The notes under the pieces were generated by a model. That model saw only the letters and a list, made by a program, of their open reading frames with translations, was not told where the DNA came from and searched no databases. Below are positions 62,496-64,000 of a stretch of DNA of 64,000 nucleotides, one piece after another. The stretch comes from Takakia lepidozioides (lineage: Eukaryota > Plantae > Bryophyta). The stretch lies in NCBI GenBank assembly GCA_030704615.1, contig CM060734.1, positions 5,518,001 through 5,582,000 on the forward strand. The letters run 5' to 3'. Position numbers and translations under genes: made by a program. Position 1 is the first letter of the stretch. Each line of letters starts with the position of its first letter.

Positions 62496-64000
62496 GTTCC
62501 ATTAACCAATGAACTATTTCCCCCCACTAAGGGAGAGATCTTTAGGATTTCGTCTTGGTTTGTCGGAAGGAAATGTTGGTATTTCCTATCCATTGACTCA
62601 TTGGTTATTGGAGCTCCACAACGAGGTGGAGTGCAGGGCAACTAAGTTGCAATAATCCAATGAAACTTCTCCAATGGGAAGAAGTCAGTAGGGCTCTTAC
62701 CCAAGTAGGTTATTGACACCCTTTCTTGGAGTTCCGAGGGTAGATCTTGGGATGCGGGGCAACGCAATTGCATTAAAGAGGTGGTTTGTACTCCAGAGTG
62801 AATTTTCGGGTAGTTATTGGAATCCACAAGGACAGACCTTGGGATGCGGGGCACATAGCGTGCAGTAATCTAACCCACCTTGCAGAAATAGAATTCGTCT
62901 GATATGGCATAAGCTATGAAAACTATGACCATCCAATTGCCAAGTAAAAGATTTCATACATCTTCATTACTAATCACGTGTTGTGAGTTTCTTTTCTTCT
63001 TCACCAAGTGAAGAACCACAGGTGCAGGAATGGGAACAATGGGTTGGCTAATATATGCACTCTTGTTCAATGCACACTGTCGATCATCATTTGTTTTTTT
63101 ATCACAGAGTCTATCTGTGTCTGCTCAAAGCATATCTCGAGAAAAAGTAAATGCTTGCTGTATCAAGCATTCTGCAGTATATTAATGCTCCCTGCATGGA
63201 GCACAGCGACTTCCCGCACGGGGATTCTAAACCTTAAACCTTTTGTCATTTTCACCTTACCCCGCTACAGCATTCCTCGTAGAGAGAGAAAAGTCAGAAG
63301 CAGTGAGGGGGTAAAAGGTGACTTGTAGAGCAGTGGTTGCTGCTCCCTTCACATGAGTGAAGGGCGTCAGGCACAGGAAAACCCAGAAGGACCTGTGACC
63401 TCTTCAGACTCCGAGGAGGAAGAGCCTGAGGGGAATTATTCTTATCTTTACTCAAGGGAGTCGTTGACTCCAAGGGATATCAGGGATACCCTAGTAGGGG
63501 ATTTTTACGAACCAGAGATCCTGGATTCTCTTACACTCGGGACGAGTGTTCCCCATTGGTCGCCATATATGTAGATGCATATATTGGTACACTTTTCTTT
63601 TCAGATCGTTTTTTATCATAAGACAAGCGGTTTCGGCATTGTACTGCCAAAACACGTTAGTTTGTTAGTTGTCTGGAAATCGTTGGTAAAGCACGTAGGA
63701 AATTAGACAATGTCTGCGACGACCATGGAGTGGAACTCTGGCGTCAAGATGACCGTAGGAAGCTGCATCGACAGCAGATTAGGCTGCCAATTCGGTACCA
63801 GAAACGGCGAGTTAATCCTGTTCGAACAATACAGGACGGCTGTCCCAGTCCCTATAGCGATGAAATATCGCAACAAAGTAATTGGCCGCATCGGAATGAC
63901 AGCAAGTCAGGACGACTTCAAACGGCGAAGCGTGGACTTGTTAGCGGTGCGGGACAACTAGAGGGGACTCCGGAAAACCTATGACTCAGTGGCAGGGTCA

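Overview
Eukaryotic, TE-dense land-plant DNA, probably a non-seed plant (inferred from PLS-type PPR remnants, an ALOG fragment and the TE families). Only one host gene looks intact: an intronless ATL-type RING-H2 E3 ligase (33568-34236). The main object is a 10.3-kb Ty3/Gypsy-type element on the minus strand (18487-28785). Its polyprotein order is gag (2 Zn knuckles) - protease - C5 DNA cytosine methyltransferase (DNMT3-like, motifs I, IV, VI, VIII and X intact) - RT - RNase H - DDE integrase - PHD finger. Its two 190-bp TG...CA terminal repeats (2 mismatches) are INVERTED rather than direct. There is a PPT before the 3' repeat, but no PBS and no TSD. The rest of the window holds two other Gypsy elements (one truncated by the DNMT element, one apparently internally inverted), a split MULE-like transposase, CACTA, LINE, SINE and Harbinger-like remnants, host-gene exon fragments (glutathione reductase, SOQ1-like, ALOG, PPR), two large palindromes and one probable assembly artefact. 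All calls are by eye and from remembered motifs; no searches were run.
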